Positions 24,921-38,883 of a stretch of DNA of 64,000 bases are shown here, piece by piece. The notes under the pieces were generated by a model, which searched no databases, was not told the DNA's origin, and saw nothing but the letters and a program-made list of their open reading frames with translations. Numbering within the stretch: position 1 is the first letter of the stretch; the number at the start of each line of letters is the position of its first letter. The position numbers and the translations under genes are program-made. Source of the stretch: Octopus vulgaris (Eukaryota); NCBI GenBank assembly GCA_951406725.2, contig OX597814.1, positions 138,136,001-138,200,000 of the forward strand, read 5' to 3'.

Positions 24921-25629
24921 CTATCAAGAAAATTAGGTCAATGCTAAATGGTCACAATGAGCAACCATATACTGAATAGTTATAGAAAATACAGAGATTC
25001 CTTTACACCTATACAAACATATACAAATATGCATCCACTTTAATCTATAAGATTATACTTGGCTAGTAGGTGTTGATTATTTTAATAAGTTGGATTAAAA
25101 GAGAATTAAAAATCTAATATCTATTAATTTTGGAGAAAAAACCTATCATTTATTATGAGTAGGCATAATATTCAATAACTGTGGACAAAAGTCTTATTAA
25201 TTAAGTGAATATATTAGGGATCAATGATATATATTAGAAAAAGTGGAAAAGGAGTAATCAAAATGAGTCATTTTCTTAGGTTTAGTAGATGGTGATTCAT
25301 TTTTAGGAAGAGAAGTAATCAAGAAGAATAAATTTCTTAGATTTAGTAGATGGTGAATTGTTATTAATGAATTAAATTAAAGAATCTGTTAGACATAATA
25401 TTTACTACCCGCAGAGAAAAAACTAATCAGTTAGGTAAAAATATCCGGAGTCAATGATATATTAAAAAATGGAAGTGAGGTAATCAAGATGAACTGAGTA
25501 GTTTCCTTAGAGACATAGAATTTTTTCTATTTAATATTTTTCTATTAAATCTATTGATTGAGTCAAAGCAATGGCGATTAATTTGGAAACATTGAATTAG
25601 AGAATTGATATTTTACAAATCATGTAATG

Positions 25630-26660
25630 CCTTACCATTCAGATTACTCTGTCAAATGCAATGCTTATTTATTTATGTTGTTTTGCATTAATCATGCATC
25701 ATCTTGTAGCTTCAAGATTTCAGTGATGTGATTCCTTAGAATGACATTGTAGGCTAGGTGTGAGATCCTGGATCTGGCCTGTCTAAATATAAATCTGGTA
25801 GGATATTTGGGTTAGATATGGTTGGTTTAAATGCTAAAGGGATAAACCTACAGATAATCTCTTTGACTTAAAAAATATCTGACCAATGCTTTGTGAGTGA
25901 ATTTAATAGTTTGTCATGCATGTATATATACATATATTCTGAATGCACTTTTAAAAAAAAAATGTGAAATTTCTTTCTCTCCATGCATTATTAATCCTTT
26001 AGCATTAAGATTACTTTGTCAAATGTTAATGCTTATTTATTCACATTGTTTTGAATTAATCATGTATTAACGTGAACTTTCAGATCTCAATGATGTGATT
26101 GTTTATTTTTTGTTTGAATGACAGTGTGAGAAGTCGGATCTAGCCAGTTTGAAAATAAAACGGGTAGAATATCTCCATGTGATATGGCTGGTGTGAATGC
26201 TGAAGGTTTAATAAGAACACAAATTAAAGTTTGACTCCATATGATTCTACATTCTTTGCCATTGTGTTGAACAAGTGCAATAAGTTTGAAGTACAATGTA
26301 CATATTAAATTCTTCTTCACACGATAATATACTCTCTTTTCAAATCCTCCCAGGTTCAATCCATGGGAGACACTGCTCTACTGTGTTTAGTCCTTACTAT
26401 CACATATTAATACTCTAACCATATGATAGTTCTTATTACATTTTAACCTTTTAACATGTAAATTACTATATCAAATGTTAATGTTTATCTATTCACATTG
26501 TTTTGAATTAATCATGCATTATCTTATAGCTCTGACATTTCAATAACATGATTGTTTATCTTTAAAGTGACATTGTAGGGTAGGTGTGAATAGCTGGATC
26601 TGGCCAGTTTAAACATAAAACAAGTAGAATATTTGGGCCTGGTATGGCTAGTCTAATACT
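25630..26660 (+). mobile_element. Cluster of three piggyBac-type MITE family 2 copies (~25630-25845, 25992-26210, 26443-26660)
   Basis: Shared body ttattcacattgttttgaattaatcatgcatt...ggatctggccagttt; degenerate TTAA-CCCTTTAGCA termini. Confidence 0.75.
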
Positions 26661-26789
26661 ACCAACAGTGAACTAATATCAAAGCATGTTAATATGTTAA
26701 CACTGAAATATAAATGTAATTGTTTCATTATCAAACCTTTATTTCAAATTTGTTGATGAATTATTAGTCACTGTAAGATTTTTGTGTCT

Positions 26790-27250
26790 CACCATTTCAC
26801 CACTACTGTCATCTGTGGATCAATGCTTGACTGTCCGATAGCTGTTACTCCTTATGGAGTTCTTACTCTTCAACTACTGTTACCCCTTATGAGTCAGTGT
26901 CTCAATTCCCCAACACCCAGGCTGTCTAACAGCTGTTATCCATCGTGGGTAATTACTGTTACTCTTTAGTGGGCTAATGCCTTCAAAAGCCAATATTTTT
27001 CACTGTTCCACAGTGGATATTCTTTGTGGACCAATGTTCTTATTGTCCAATAGCTGTTGTCTTTTGCATGCCAGTATACTACATTGTTCAATAGCTATTA
27101 GACTCTTGGGCATGATTCTCCTACTGTTTTTGTGAGTCAGTGTTTTCATTAAATGAGAGTTACTCTTTGAGTTAATTTCCCCATTGTACAGCTGCTAGCT
27201 TTTGTGGATCAATTTTTCTCTATTTCACAACAGCTTTTACTTGCTCTTTT
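26790..27250. repeat. Cryptic degenerate minisatellite, ~40-bp unit
   Basis: Recurring tgtggatcaatg.t....tgtccaatagctgttactc-like units. Confidence 0.55.
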
Positions 27251-28609
27251 TCTGGATAACAGATGTTACCTTCCATTGGTTATTCTTCCCACTTTCCTAC
27301 AGCTGACATCCACTACATATTAAAATCTGGTCAGGCATGGCTCTGTGGTAAGAATTTTGCTTCCCAACCACATTGTTCCATGTTCAGTCCCATCGCATGG
27401 CACCTTGGGCTAGTGTCTTCCACCATAGCCTTGGGTGGATCAAAGCTTTGTGAATGGATTTGATAGACGGAAACTGAAAGAAGCCTGTCATATGTGTATA
27501 TATAGTCAAATGTTAAAAATTGAATGTACATATATATGCATCAGTGTGACTCTGGCCCTCAGGCTGTTCAGGCTTAGCCCAAGTATAAATTTAATAAAGT
27601 GAACATGTTTTTGCAAGCTGATTTAAATTTCTACCAACATTGACTTCAAGTATGTAATTGTAGTCAATAACTTGGGCTCCTTTTATTGAGCCTGGCTGCA
27701 GTTCATTTATTTTCCTTCAGCATCTGGCAGTCGTCTTAGAAGTGTCCTGTGTCAAAAAATATCATTCGTAGCAGATGTTCTCTTGACATCGTTCACACAT
27801 GCTTGACTCAGGCTCGGAAGTTACAGCCCGAGTTGTTATCTATAATCGTAAAAATCAAAAGTCAAATTTAAATTCCAATCTATAAAGAGTTTCTGTTCTA
27901 CAATATTCTTAAAGGAACAAAAAATTGTCCAGCAACTTGGGCTAATACAAAGAACCTTGTAGGTGTAAAAGACTAATTGGCATCTCTTGTCAAGAGTAAA
28001 GATGACAATTTTAGTCCGATCACTGATGTTTGTTGTGCGCTCCGGTGTCATTATTTGATTACTGTTATTCTGTGCATGTGTGTGTAAAGATCAGTTGTGT
28101 TTTGCAGGTTTGCTTTATTTTTACCCTTAACTTAGAAATGGAGAAAGACATAGTGTTATATATATAAAAAAAAATAAGCCATTTGGGGCTAGAAATAAAG
28201 CGGAAAAATTCTTTGAGCAGGCAAGTGTTTTATGCAAAATCTGTGATGAGCCCGAGTGATGCTGATGGCCTGGAGTCACCTCTGATATACATATATGTAT
28301 GTGTGTGTGTCTTTGCATTTGTGTTGGTTTCCCACCACTGCTTGACAACTGGTGTTGATGTGTTTACAATTGTGTAACTTAGTGGTTTAGCAAAAGAGAT
28401 TGATAGAAAAAGTTTCAGGTTCGAAGAAAATTATTAGTACCAGGGTCGATTCATACCACTAAAGATTCTGGCCCCAGCATGGCAACAGTCTAATGACTGA
28501 AAGAAGTAAAGGATGAAAAATAAATGGCCAGGACCACAACAGCTATCTTAGAAGTTAAAAAATCCTTTGTCTTTTGAACATGTAATGTTTTTTGTTATTT
28601 TTTTATTTC

Positions 28610-29590
28610 AAGGTTAGCCCTAATCAAGCAAATTTATGACTAAAATGTTATGAATTTGATTATTCTGCTTTTGTTTTTGAGATATTATCTCTAGGACTAA
28701 AAAAATAGAAAAAAGTGTATGGCTCAGTTGTTAGAGTGTTAAGCTTATAATCGTGAGTTCTATTCCTGGACCAGGCCGTGTGTTGAGTTCTTGAGCAAGA
28801 CACTTTATTTCACGTTGCTCAAGTTTGCTCAGCTGTAGAAATGAGTTGGAATGTCACTGGTGCCAAGCTATCTCGGCCTTTGCCTTTCCCTTGGAGAACA
28901 TCGGTGGTGTGGGGAGGGGAGGCTGGTATGCATGGGTGACTGCTGGTCTTCCATAAAAAATAACCCTGGGTTGTGCATTCGCTGGTGAGGTGACTTTCCG
29001 CCCAAACTTATATCCCAGAGGGGAACATCTTAGGTGCACCCATGGTCATTCGTGACTGACAGTTGAGTTATAACTAGGACTATATAATTCAGAATGTCCT
29101 TTTTTTTTATGCTGGCAGGATGGAATTTTAGTATGATTTGACTGGTAGGTCAAGTAACTGTATAGAGGTCTTTTTGATGGCTTGCTGCTGCTGTTTGTTT
29201 TAATTCTCAAGTCAGCCCCAGTTCAGTGGACCTATGAAAAAAAGATGTTCCAGCCATGACCATTCCATCTTTTCATAGACACGGTGTACCTAGGGTTACA
29301 CCATCTATTGTGGCCTTCCTTTCATGAGACTACATAATGTGATTTAATGTAGATATTGCTTTTGTGAACAGATCACTATAGTCTTTATTGATTAGCCCCA
29401 GGCCAGCCAGCCATGATCAAACAACCAAGTGATGAAAGACATTCGAGGCATGGCCAAAACCACTGTTGAAGTCCATGTATGACTTCATTATCTAATCTCT
29501 CCTTACTTAAGACTGTAAAGTACAATTTAAAGGAAATTAGCTGTTGTTTCTAGCAGGTTGAGCAATCACATAGAAGCTCTCTTGCATTGG
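28610..29590 (+). repeat. Tandem array of a ~180-200-bp dispersed repeat, interrupted by a SINE (28718-29060)
   Basis: Repeated tcagccc...tatga..aaaga..ttccagccatgacc...ctaggactac and gattt..ctg.t.tttctagcagg motifs. Confidence 0.6.
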
Positions 29591-30454
29591 TTTGGTATTG
29601 TGATTGTTTTTATTGTTGTTTATGTCTGTTGTCTTATGTAGGTCCTCTCTGAGTAGAGAAATTGTTGGCATCTTCTTTAGTTTGGAGTCATATGTTCAAA
29701 CTCTAGATGCAGGAGTGGCTGTGTAGTAAGTAACTTGCTTACTAACTATATGGTTCTGGGTTCAGTCTCACTGCGAGACACCTTGGGCAAGTGTCTTCTA
29801 CTCTAGCCTCGGGCCAACCAAAGCCTTGTGAGTGGATTTGGTAGATGGAAACTGAAAGAAGTCCGTTGTACATACATACATACATACATACATACATACA
29901 TACATACATACATGTGTATATGTATTATATGTGTGTTTTTGTTTGTGTGTGTGTGTGTGTGTGTATGTGTTTGTCCCCCGCAACCGATCCTGGTGTGTTT
30001 ACATCCCCATAAGTTAGTGGTTCAGCAAAAGGGACCAATAGAATAAGTACTAGGCTTATAAAGAATAAGTCGTGGGGCTGATTTGTTCAACTAAAGGCGG
30101 TGCTCCGGCATGGCCGAAGTCAAATGACTGAAACAATAAAAGAGTAAAAAGAGTATAGTTGGCAAATAAAAACAAAAGACAAAACAAAAAATGACCTCCC
30201 CCCCCACCTCTTCACCAATTTCTATTTCAGGTACAAATCACAAATACAGCTGTGGAATTGCAGAATAATTACCTAATTCTGCTTATGAGTTGAAAACTCA
30301 GCATGTTTGCAATAGATTTGTCTGTGTTGTGGTATTTTTAGTTTAAGTAGCAGCAGTATTCATTGTTGTCTGCTAGTAGGAAACTGTAACCGGTGAACCT
30401 TGGTTTATCTCTGTGCTGAGAATCATTGGGTTACTCTGTGTGATTCATTGAGCC

Positions 30455-30880
30455 TATTTCCTCACTGTCACCATCACCGCTGCCACCACCAGTACCACCA
30501 CCACTACCACCACCACCACCACTATCATCACCATCATCATTATTATCATTTTGGTTGCTGATACTACTGTTTTTGATGGTGCTGCTGTTGTTGTTAAGCA
30601 ACAAGACAGGTAAGGGTGATTAGGTGATGGTATAGGGCTTAGGGGCGGGAGATCCCAGACCTTGGAAAAAAAAAAAAAACTTTGGTCATCTTGTTGTAGT
30701 CGAGGGGCCTTCGTTGATGCCCGACACCACTGGGAGGTGGCCCTCGAAGTCACTGGAAATGGTGATCTCCAGGTCCAAATTCTTGGACGGCTACTGCTGC
30801 TGCTGTTGCTCCTACTGTTATTACTGCTAGTACTGCTGCTGTTGTTGTTGTTATTGTTGTTGTTGTTGTTGCTGTTGCTG
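30455..30880. repeat. (CAC/CAT)n and (CTG/TTG)n tracts around a short GC-rich unique segment
   Basis: Directly visible. Confidence 0.85.
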
Positions 30881-33315
30881 ATTAGTTGTTCTATCTCAAG
30901 CTCACTTAGGGTGCACATTACCTAATGTGTCATTTTCTAAGAAGGTAAGCCATTAAATTGAGAGAAATTTGGCTGCTGTCTCTAGCAGGTCAAACAGCTA
31001 TATAAAGCATGACTTGTTTTCTGCACTGCTATGGTTGTGAGTATATCATTTGTGCAAGTATATCATCATCTGATGCGATTTTCTTGTCTCATCCAAAACG
31101 CCCAGCATCCTGGGGTCTGACCATTTTTCCTGTCTTCCTCTTTTACCATCATTCATCATCAGCACACATTACATTTTCATCCATCAATTATCCATTTATA
31201 TCATTCCTCTATATCACATTTATATCATAGGTGAAAGTGTGTCTGTGTGGTGAAAAGTTTACTTCCCTACCTCATGGTTTTGGGTTCAGTCCTACTGTGT
31301 GGCACATTGGGCAATTGTCTTGTACTATGGCTCTAGGCCAACCAAAGCCTTCTAAGTGGATTTGGCAGATGGAAACTAAAGGTGGCCTATTGTGTATATG
31401 TATGTGTATGTGTATGTGTGTGTATATATGCATATATGTGTGTGTATGTGTGTGTATATATATATATATGTATGTATGTATGTATGTACATAGAAGGTAA
31501 CTCAGGTAACTGGGATAACTCCAATATAAAACCTGTGGCTCAGTGGTTACCGATGATGTTGACTTGTTCTTCTTTTCGGATTATGGCTGCTGTTGCTTAG
31601 TGAGTGAGATTGACTCAGTGCACAGCCTTTCTTCACTTTGAAAAAAATCTTCTTGCATAGGCATTGCACGATAACAACATTGATTAAGCTTTGTGCAATG
31701 GCCATACTCGATAACGAGGGGGCAGCCACCATGTATGTATGTGTGTGTGTATTTGTGTGCATATGTTACTGTCTCCTTTCCTTGGAGATAGTTGTGAGTG
31801 TCACCTTCTGTGAAAAAATTTCTCTGGAAATATTAATTTATTTGGAAACAAGTGAGGTTTAGCAACAGGAAGGGGCAACAGACCATAGAAAATGTGCCTC
31901 AAACAAATTCCATCCAACCCATGCAAACATTGAAAAGGGAACATAAAATCAACGATGACAAGGATGTTCACGTGTCTATACCAACGCAGTTATTTCTCTG
32001 AGATACATTGTTGGCTGCCTTGAATGCCTTGGCTTTTGGTAACTCTTCACATTTAAAGACTATGTACATGTTATAAGGCACAGAATGGTTTCTTATAACT
32101 TATAACTGCCTACCAGTCATGACTATTAAGGAGTCAAATTTAACTCCAGTTGATAAGTTAACTGCTGCATAATCTCAGTGATAATCTTATGAGAGATTAT
32201 TTCCATTGTGGCATGGCTGTTGTTAGTGTTTAGACCCTGGTCAGCCCTCATGTAGCAAGTCTATGTGTCCATGGAATCTTCATGTTAATGTCTATCTAAC
32301 CTGCAGTAGTTTAAATAGAACATTAAAAAACATCAAGGTCACAGATTTTGGAGGGTCTTGCAAAAATCTTTCAAATGTAGCAAGTAAAAACAAAAGAATA
32401 TTCCAGAAGTATCATCTTGTGTTTCTAATTTCTTTTCCACAGTGAGGATGTAATTTGTGGAAGATTTGGCTGTTTTTTCTTCTGGCAAGTGTAACCCATC
32501 ATACATGTGTATACACATATATATACTGTGTTCTTTGCCATACATGTACTATACACTATGTATCCTACTATACATATGGACATATTGTGTATGCCATAAG
32601 GCGGCGAGCTGGCAGAAACGTTAGCACGCCGGGCAAAGTGCTTAGCAATATTTCGTCTGCTGCTATGTTCTGAGTTCAAATTCTGCCGAGGTCGACTTTG
32701 CCTTTCATCCTTTTGGGGTCGATTAAATAAGTACCAGTTAAGCACTGGGGTCGATATAATCGACTTAATCTGTTTGTCTGTCCTTGTTTGTCCCCTCTGT
32801 GTGTAGCCCCTTGTGGGTAGTAAAGAATTTTATATTGTGTATGCCATCATACATATGCATATACCCTGACATGCATGCATATATGTACTGCACACACTGT
32901 CATACATGTCATACCTTTGTTTATGCTGTGTACCATGAAACACCTATCTGTGTAAGATGTGTACTTTGTCACATGTATATATGTACCAGATACCCTATTG
33001 TACTTATCTACTTTGTTATTTGCTACATATATTTGTACACTTTGTTTACCTTGTAACATGTTTGTGCATGTGTTGTCTATCTTACAATACAGCTGTGTAT
33101 ATCCTATTTGCCTTATCATACCTCTGTGTGTGTGTGTGTGTGTTTGTGTGTATGTGTGTGTTGTGTGTGACCTGTCATGTGTTACTTTGTGTATTGATCT
33201 GTGTGTTTATGCATCTGTTTGTTGAATTATCTGACGCCCTACCTGTTTCATCTTCGTTTTCTTTGTTTATATTATATATTTTTTATATATCTAGTTACTT
33301 GGAAAACAAACATGT

Positions 33316-33352
<37 letters not shown>

Positions 33353-33904
33353 GCTGAAACTGTACTAGCATGGAAAAACAAGCAACATAAAGTGAATGAA
33401 CAAACAACTTTGTGTGTGTGTGTGTATGTGTAATAGGCTTGAAAGCACCAAGTAATGAAATATTTTGAAATCAACTTAGCAGACCATCTTCAGAGCATAT
33501 GCAGAGTTCTTTCTTCTCTGTGGAACCAAAACATCCACATCAAAAATTAAAGAAGGAGGTTCCAGAGGTTCATGGACCATGATAAAAGAGACCGTGTTGT
33601 TATGTACATCAATTGTCCTATGGGACCTCAAAATATCTCTTGGTATCAGTTGAAGATTAAAGAAAAGATTTATCTGGCTATCCTACCCATCTCTACAACT
33701 GTTGCTCCCCACATGTAATGCTCTGCACAGGATGGGCTCTGTTATGATGCTGCATAACAACCCATATCAGATGTTATATTTTGAAGTTTTATGGATCTTA
33801 ATACTGGACGAACTACATTGATTTTGCTGACAGAGACACAGGAAATGGAATTGAAGACTTACCAAAGCTGATGGCATTCAGCAATTTGTGTACTGGTTGA
33901 AAAT

Positions 33905-33998
<94 letters not shown>

Positions 33999-34552
33999 TA
34001 TGTGTGTGTGTGTGTTTATACAAATATAAACATATATATGTATATATATGTCATCATCATCATCATCATCGTTTAATGTCTGCTTTCCATGCTAGCATGG
34101 GTTGGACGATTTGACTGAGGTCTGGCGAACCAGATGGCTGCACTAGATTCCAATCTGATCTGGCAGAGTTTCTACAGCAGGATGCCCTTCCTAACGCCAA
34201 CCACTCTGAGAATGTAGTGGGTCTTTTTATGTGCCACCAGCACGTGGGCCAGTCAGGCAGTACTGGCAACGGCCACGCTCAAATGGTGTGCTTTTTATGT
34301 GCCACCTGCACAGGAGCCAATCCAGTGGCACTGGCAACGACCTCGCTCAAATGTTTTTTCACGAGCCACCAGCACAAATGCTAGTAAGGCGACTCAGGTA
34401 ATGATCATGCTTGAATGGTGTTTTTAACGTGCCATTGGCTTGGAGGCCAGCTTGTTGCTCTGGCCCCGATCTCGCTCGTATGGTACTCTTAGCGCTCCAC
34501 TAGCATGGATGCCAGTCATCGAATTTGATTTCGATTTCAATTTCATGAATAA

Positions 34553-34589
<37 letters not shown>

Positions 34590-34592
<3 letters not shown>

Positions 34593-36047
34593 AGAGTTTA
34601 CGAAAAAAAACAAAAGACGAAGACAGGTGGTGTACAAAACACACAGATGTTTTAGTATAACGCTCAGGAATAGAAAAAGTCTTTTATGTTTCGAGCCTAC
34701 ACTCTTCTACAGAAATGGACACAGAAAAAACAAGCAGAGAAATAAATAAAATAAAAAATGTGTGTAGTGGCTAACGATCTATCATGCCGTCTGATTCGGA
34801 CAGAAGGGTCACACATGGGAAGGAAAGTAGGGGAGATAACAAAGTAAAGATGACCCCCAACACGAAGGTGCATGTGTGTATAAGAGAGCATGTGCATGTG
34901 AAAGAGGGCTGGTGGTCTGGACGTATGCGTGTATGTATGTGTAGGTGTGAAAATGTAGGGATGGGTGTGTAGGTGGTGTGTTGTGATGTGATGTGTAATA
35001 TTGTATGGTGTGGTGTGGTGTGGTGTGATGTTATTGTGAGGTGGGGAGGCGAGAGTGGGGAAAGCACGGGTGGGGTGTGGGTTCAGCTGAGGGTTGAGGT
35101 AGAGGTGGGGTATGTGGGGGAGGGTGTGTGGGATAGGATGGGGGGATGGGAAGGTGGAGTAGGAATGTGTAGGGGTGGGTTGGCTTATGGGGGAGGGGAA
35201 GATGGTATGTGAGGAGAGAGAAAGAGTAACAGGGAAGAGAGAAAGAGAGGGTGAAAGAGTAGGAGAGAAGAAAGAGAATAAGAGAGGATAGAGAAAGAGG
35301 GAAGAGAGAAGAGAGTAAGAGGGAAAGAGGGGAGAGAAAGATAGTAGGAGAGAAGAGAGAACGAGAGTAGGAGAGAAGAGAGTAAGAGAGAAGAGGGAAA
35401 GAGAGTAGGGGTGAAGAGAAGTAGGAGTCGGGGCAAGAGAGGAGAGTTGGGTCGGAAGAAGGAGGAGGGAGGGGGAGTGAGGGAGCAGATAGAAAGAGAG
35501 AAGAGGGAAAAAGAGTAGGGGTGAAAAGATGTAGGAGTGAAGAAAAGTAGGAGTTGGGGAGGAGGTTAGATGAAGAGGGGAGGAGAGTTGAGCCCAAATG
35601 GCGTAAAAGAGCGAAGAGAGAAGATTAATCCCTGTTCACAGTGCAAACGGGAGTCTGGATGGCCTCTGTGCAAGGACAATTCAAAAACAGACAGGTGTTG
35701 CAAAGAGTGACTGGTGGAGCGGAAATGGCGTGAGAACAGGGTGTCATTGCCGAGGCGGATGTTTCGGAGGTGTTCTGTGAACCGGTCAACCAGGCGACGT
35801 CCCGTTTGTCCGATGTACAGGGAATGGCAGAGAGAGCAGGAGATGCAATAGATGATATTGCTGAAGGTGCAGGTGAAGGAGTCGATGGTGTGATAGGGTC
35901 GATAATGGGTGCCGGTGAGGAGGGTGGTGTTGGAGAGGTATGGGCAAGTGTGGCAGCGTGGGCGGGAACAGGTGAACGAGCCAGGTTGGGAGGTAGGGTT
36001 GGGGAAGAAGCTGTGGACCAAGAGGTCTCGTAGGTTGTGGGTTGTAC
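34590..36047 (-). mobile_element. 5'-truncated Penelope-like element: GIY-YIG endonuclease end, low-complexity 3' region and pLTR
   Basis: 35566-36045 encodes CSRPRCHTCPY...FTCTFSNIIYCISCSLCHSLYIGQTGRRLVDRFTEH...SRHF...PFGLN; flanked by (TA)n; pLTR motif gaagag-tgtagg-ctc-gaaac at ~34685-34715. Confidence 0.9.
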
Positions 36048-36367
36048 ATATATATATGTATGTATTATGTGTGTGTATACATATGTATATATACATAGAC
36101 ATGTATATATCATGGTATTGATCAGACTATCAGATTTTGTTAGACATCACTGGTCACAATGCACTTCACATTATTTTAGCTTTTCAATGATGCCAACCCA
36201 CTGGCTAGGCAAGCAGGCCAACATTTTCCCTGATTGGAAGACTATTCCATCACAGGGTTACCAATTTACAGCTGTGTGTAGTGGAACAACATAAAATGAA
36301 GTGTCTTGCTCAAGAACACAAAGTGCTGTCTGGTTGGGAATCAAACTTATGATCTAGCAATCATAAG

Positions 36368-36888
<521 letters not shown>

Positions 36889-37941
36889 AGGATAAGATCG
36901 TTAATTTAAATATCGATCTTATCAAGTGGCCAGCATGGGAGTAAAAACCTTCAAAGGTAATAATTATTATTAAAATTATAATTAAGGGAGCTATCTCTTT
37001 GATACACTAAATTATAATTTTGTATATATATATAAACATGCATTTATATATACATATATATATATATGTAATGGATGGAGGAATCAGAAAATGGAGTTCA
37101 CAAGAATCTATTCATCACAATGATCATTTTGACCCATCTTGCATCTGTCCCTTGTAGGTGGGATGCTCTAAAACTGATTGCGTTTCATCCTCCGGTGCAG
37201 ATGCATCTCATCAGGTGTTTAATATATAAAGAAGATACTTGTCTAAATATACTCAGTTTCACTTGGCATGTTGTTGTTGCCAGTAGGTTGTTAGCTATAA
37301 TGACCCACCTACAAGGGACTGCAACAAGATAGATTGAAACGATCATTGTGGTGAATAAAGATTCTTCTGAACTCTATTTTCTGTTTCCCTCATTCGTTAT
37401 AAATTTAACAAACACTGTGGAATTTCTGAGGTAGATCCAGTGACATATCAAAAATGTGGATAACATCAGGTAGCCTAAACAGTGAAAGTGCTTTAATCAG
37501 CATACTACTAACTGTATACCCAAAGCCCAAATGATTACTTACACACACACATACACACACACACACACACACGTTTCCCTTCTCCTTGATCCACTGTCCG
37601 TATCCTCTCTTATAATCACCTTTTTGTACATTGAGAGTTTGCTCTGGCACTCTGTAACCAGCATATTTATCTCCCAGTGCTTCTCGCCCACCCTCATATA
37701 ATACAGAATAGTCATGTATTTCCTATATTCAGCAAGACACTTGAACATCTCCCTCTATCCTACTTTGGCCTTCAACAACTGGCATAAAGTCATCTTCTCC
37801 TCTCTCAATTACATCCCCCTCAGTCAAGGAGGCTTTTTCCCAGTCCTTTTTATTTATTTTCTTTTATTAGCCCTGGAAGTTATTTGGGCAACCTGACTTG
37901 TGCTGGAATCATGGGAAAAGCACCCTGTACACATCAGTGTG

Positions 37942-37973
<32 letters not shown>

Positions 37974-38025
37974 CACACATGTGTATGTGTACATATGTGT
38001 ATACATATGTATGAATATGAGTATA

Positions 38026-38069
<44 letters not shown>

Positions 38070-38759
38070 CATTTTGGTATACAGGTATACATGCTGATAT
38101 ATGTATACATATGTATCATCATTATCATTTAACATCCTTTATCATATGCTGGCATGGGGTGGATGGCTTGGTAGGAACTGATGAGCCAGAGAGACTGTAC
38201 TGAGCGCCAATGTCTGTTTTGGAATAGTCTCTACAGCTGGATGTCCTTCCCTTTGCCAGCTAGTTGACAGAATGAACCACTTCATATTATAATATAAAAA
38301 CCTTATTTGTTTGGCATTTCCATTCATATACATTAACATGTATTTCACTCATATTCAGCCCATTATTAACAATTCGACACAGACAAGCAGAAAATGTTAC
38401 ATAATCTCCTTAAAATTCAATTCATCAAATGAGGATAATGGTGACATCAACAACAAAGATCTTGATGATGATGCTGATGATAATGATAAACCTGACAACT
38501 GTTTGACATTTTATCCAAGTAGTTTGTTACGCAGGAATGTGTGTGTAACATATATCATATTCATAAATTATTGGCTTGTACATTTGAATGGGTAACTTAT
38601 ACACTTGGACGAGAGGGCTGGAGTGCTCAAATGAGTGAACCATACCTTCTGATGAGTGGAACGTTGCTCCTTGCTGCCAAAACCCTGTTCGGCAGTGTTT
38701 ATACACCTCCTAAAATATATACACAACTACATACTACTCCTATTGTTTCCTTGTTACAG

Positions 38760-38883
38760 AAACCTGCCACGTGCCATTTGGATATCCCTCCCCATTATAA
38801 CATCTGTGTATGTATTTGCAAACATCGCATACTTTGCTGTATTGTCTCCCTTGGAGATGAAAGAGTCGGAAGCAGTTGCTGTG
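38760..38883 (+). CDS. SLC7 L-type amino-acid transporter light chain (LAT/y+LAT/minidiscs-like), internal exon A (TM7 region)
   Basis: ttgttacag|A acceptor and GTG|gtgagt donor; 124 bp; encodes [41 protein letters not shown], matching the SLC7A5-A9 NLP..I.IS.P...AVAV segment. Exact paralog cannot be assigned by eye. Confidence 0.95.

Noticed and set aside
37160-37210. cccttgtag|GTGGGATGCTCTA (WDAL) as the missing upstream SLC7 exon
   Set aside because: It continues KLIAFHPPVQ rather than NFVTEE..NP, and I see no suitable donor.
38648-38700. Plus-strand CTGATGAG...AAAAC hammerhead-like string just upstream of exon A
   Set aside because: No GAAA box and no stem I pairing; indistinguishable from chance.
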